Shown here: one piece after another, positions 63,100 to 64,000 of the stretch | Position numbering within the stretch: the first letter of the stretch is position 1 | Layout: the number at the start of each line of letters is the position of its first letter | Source: Candidatus Marinacidobacterales bacterium | Lineage (GTDB): Bacteria; Acidobacteriota; Vicinamibacteria; Marinacidobacterales; SMYC01 | Direction: 5' to 3' | Assembly (NCBI GenBank): GCA_965237955.1 | Contig: OZ250169.1 | Location: 1,120,001-1,184,000 of the forward strand | DNA length: 64,000 bases | Program-made: the position numbers and the translations under genes | The notes under the pieces: model-generated | Seen by the model: the letters and a program-made list of their open reading frames with translations, nothing else | Told to the model about the DNA's origin: nothing | The model's database searches: none

Positions 63100-64000
63100 A
63101 TGCCTGTGAAAGTTCTCATCCCGACGCCGCTTCGGCCCTATGCCGATCATCAGGATTGTGTCGAGTTGGAAGGCGCGAACGTCGGAGAGCTTCTCGACAA
63201 CCTGGCCAGCCGCTACGGCGAGCTGCGAAAGCATTTGTTCGACGAGTCCGGACAGCTTCGGAGCTTCGTGAACGTTTACGTCAACGAAGACGACATTCGC
63301 TCGCTCTCTCGTGTCGACACCGCCGTCGACGAAGCCGACGTCGTGAGCATCGTGCCGTCGATTGCCGGGGGCTCACAGGCAGATGAGGAAGACGTGAGCT
63401 TCAGCCACGAAGAGGTCCGGCGCTACAGCCGTCACCTCATCATGCCCGAAGTAGGGATGGAGGGTCAGACGAAGCTGAAGAAGGCGAGTGTCCTGATGGT
63501 GGGCGCGGGTGGTCTGGGCGCTCCGCTTGGAATGTATCTCACGGCTGCGGGTATCGGTCGTCTCGGCATCGTGGACTTCGACGTCGTCGATCACTCGAAT
63601 CTGCAGCGGCAGGTGACGTTCGGGACGAAAGACGTCGGGCGCAAAAAGCTCGACGCGGCAACCGAGCGTCTTTCCGATATCAACCCCCACATCACCATCG
63701 AGCCGCACGAAGCGCGGTTATCGTCGGCGAACGCGCTCGAGCTGTTTCGCGACTACGACATCATCGTCGACGGCACCGATAACTTCCCGACGCGCTACCT
63801 CGTGAACGACGCGTGCGTTCTGCTCGGAAAGCCCAACGTCTACGGGAGTATCTTTCGCTTCGAAGGCCAGGTTTCGGTGTTCGATGCCAAGAAAGGACCC
63901 TGCTACCGCTGCCTCTATCCCGAGCCGCCACCCCCAGGACTGGTTCCGAGCTGCGCCGAAGGAGGCGTTCTCGGCGTGTTGCCGGGAATCGTGGGCTCGC
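63100..64000 (+). CDS. Ubiquitin-like sulfur carrier (MoaD/ThiS/CysO) fused to MoeB/MoeZ adenylyltransferase (3' end runs off the window)
   Basis: Manual translation IPTPLR...VNVYVNEDDIR...IVPSIAGG continues in frame to RYSRHLIMPEVG, GAGGLG, SNLQRQ, DGTDNF, PCYRC. Confidence 0.9.
   Translation, partial: MPVKVLIPTPLRPYADHQDCVELEGANVGELLDNLASRYGELRKHLFDESGQLRSFVNVYVNEDDIRSLSRVDTAVDEADVVSIVPSIAGGSQADEEDVSFSHEEVRRYSRHLIMPEVGMEGQTKLKKASVLMVGAGGLGAPLGMYLTAAGIGRLGIVDFDVVDHSNLQRQVTFGTKDVGRKKLDAATERLSDINPHITIEPHEARLSSANALELFRDYDIIVDGTDNFPTRYLVNDACVLLGKPNVYGSIFRFEGQVSVFDAKKGPCYRCLYPEPPPPGLVPSCAEGGVLGVLPGIVGS

Overview
GC-rich bacterial window. Gene style (PVC-type heme protein, DUF1080, Tat enzymes, small basic protein) suggests Acidobacteriota or PVC, which is inference only. 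Positions ~1.3-41.6 kb look like a decayed, IS-saturated genomic island ending in a tyrosine-integrase remnant and a degenerate tRNA 3'-end (att-like). It contains IS256, ISAzo13, IS110/IS1111, IS3, IS21, IS5, IS630 and IS1380 elements or remnants, a long-TIR rve element family and several MITE families. Its cargo is an ABC-ATPase + TOPRIM-like (DUF4276) pair, a secreted NucA-type nuclease, an outer-membrane beta-barrel, a fused BsuBI/PstI-type methyltransferase-endonuclease behind a truncated WYL-type HTH, and a ~13 kb K+ channel / J-domain / YbjN / PspA / Tat flavoprotein / membrane spermidine synthase / DUF4178 / DUF350 / SAM decarboxylase cluster bracketed by two identical inverted MITEs. 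The strongest directly verifiable signal is an IS1111-type element (14009-15432): its 3' non-coding bridge/seekRNA region carries guides that match its own flanks, it sits inside the terminal repeat of another MITE family, and its RNA-bearing end is tandemly duplicated exactly at the recombination core. The right part (41.6-64 kb) is more core-like: sugar epimerase, heme protein, TonB receptor, S9 peptidase, class V aminotransferase, XdhC, an ECF sigma cluster and a cysteine synthase-JAB-(Ubl::MoeB fusion) operon. All family calls come from motif recognition by eye, not database searches.
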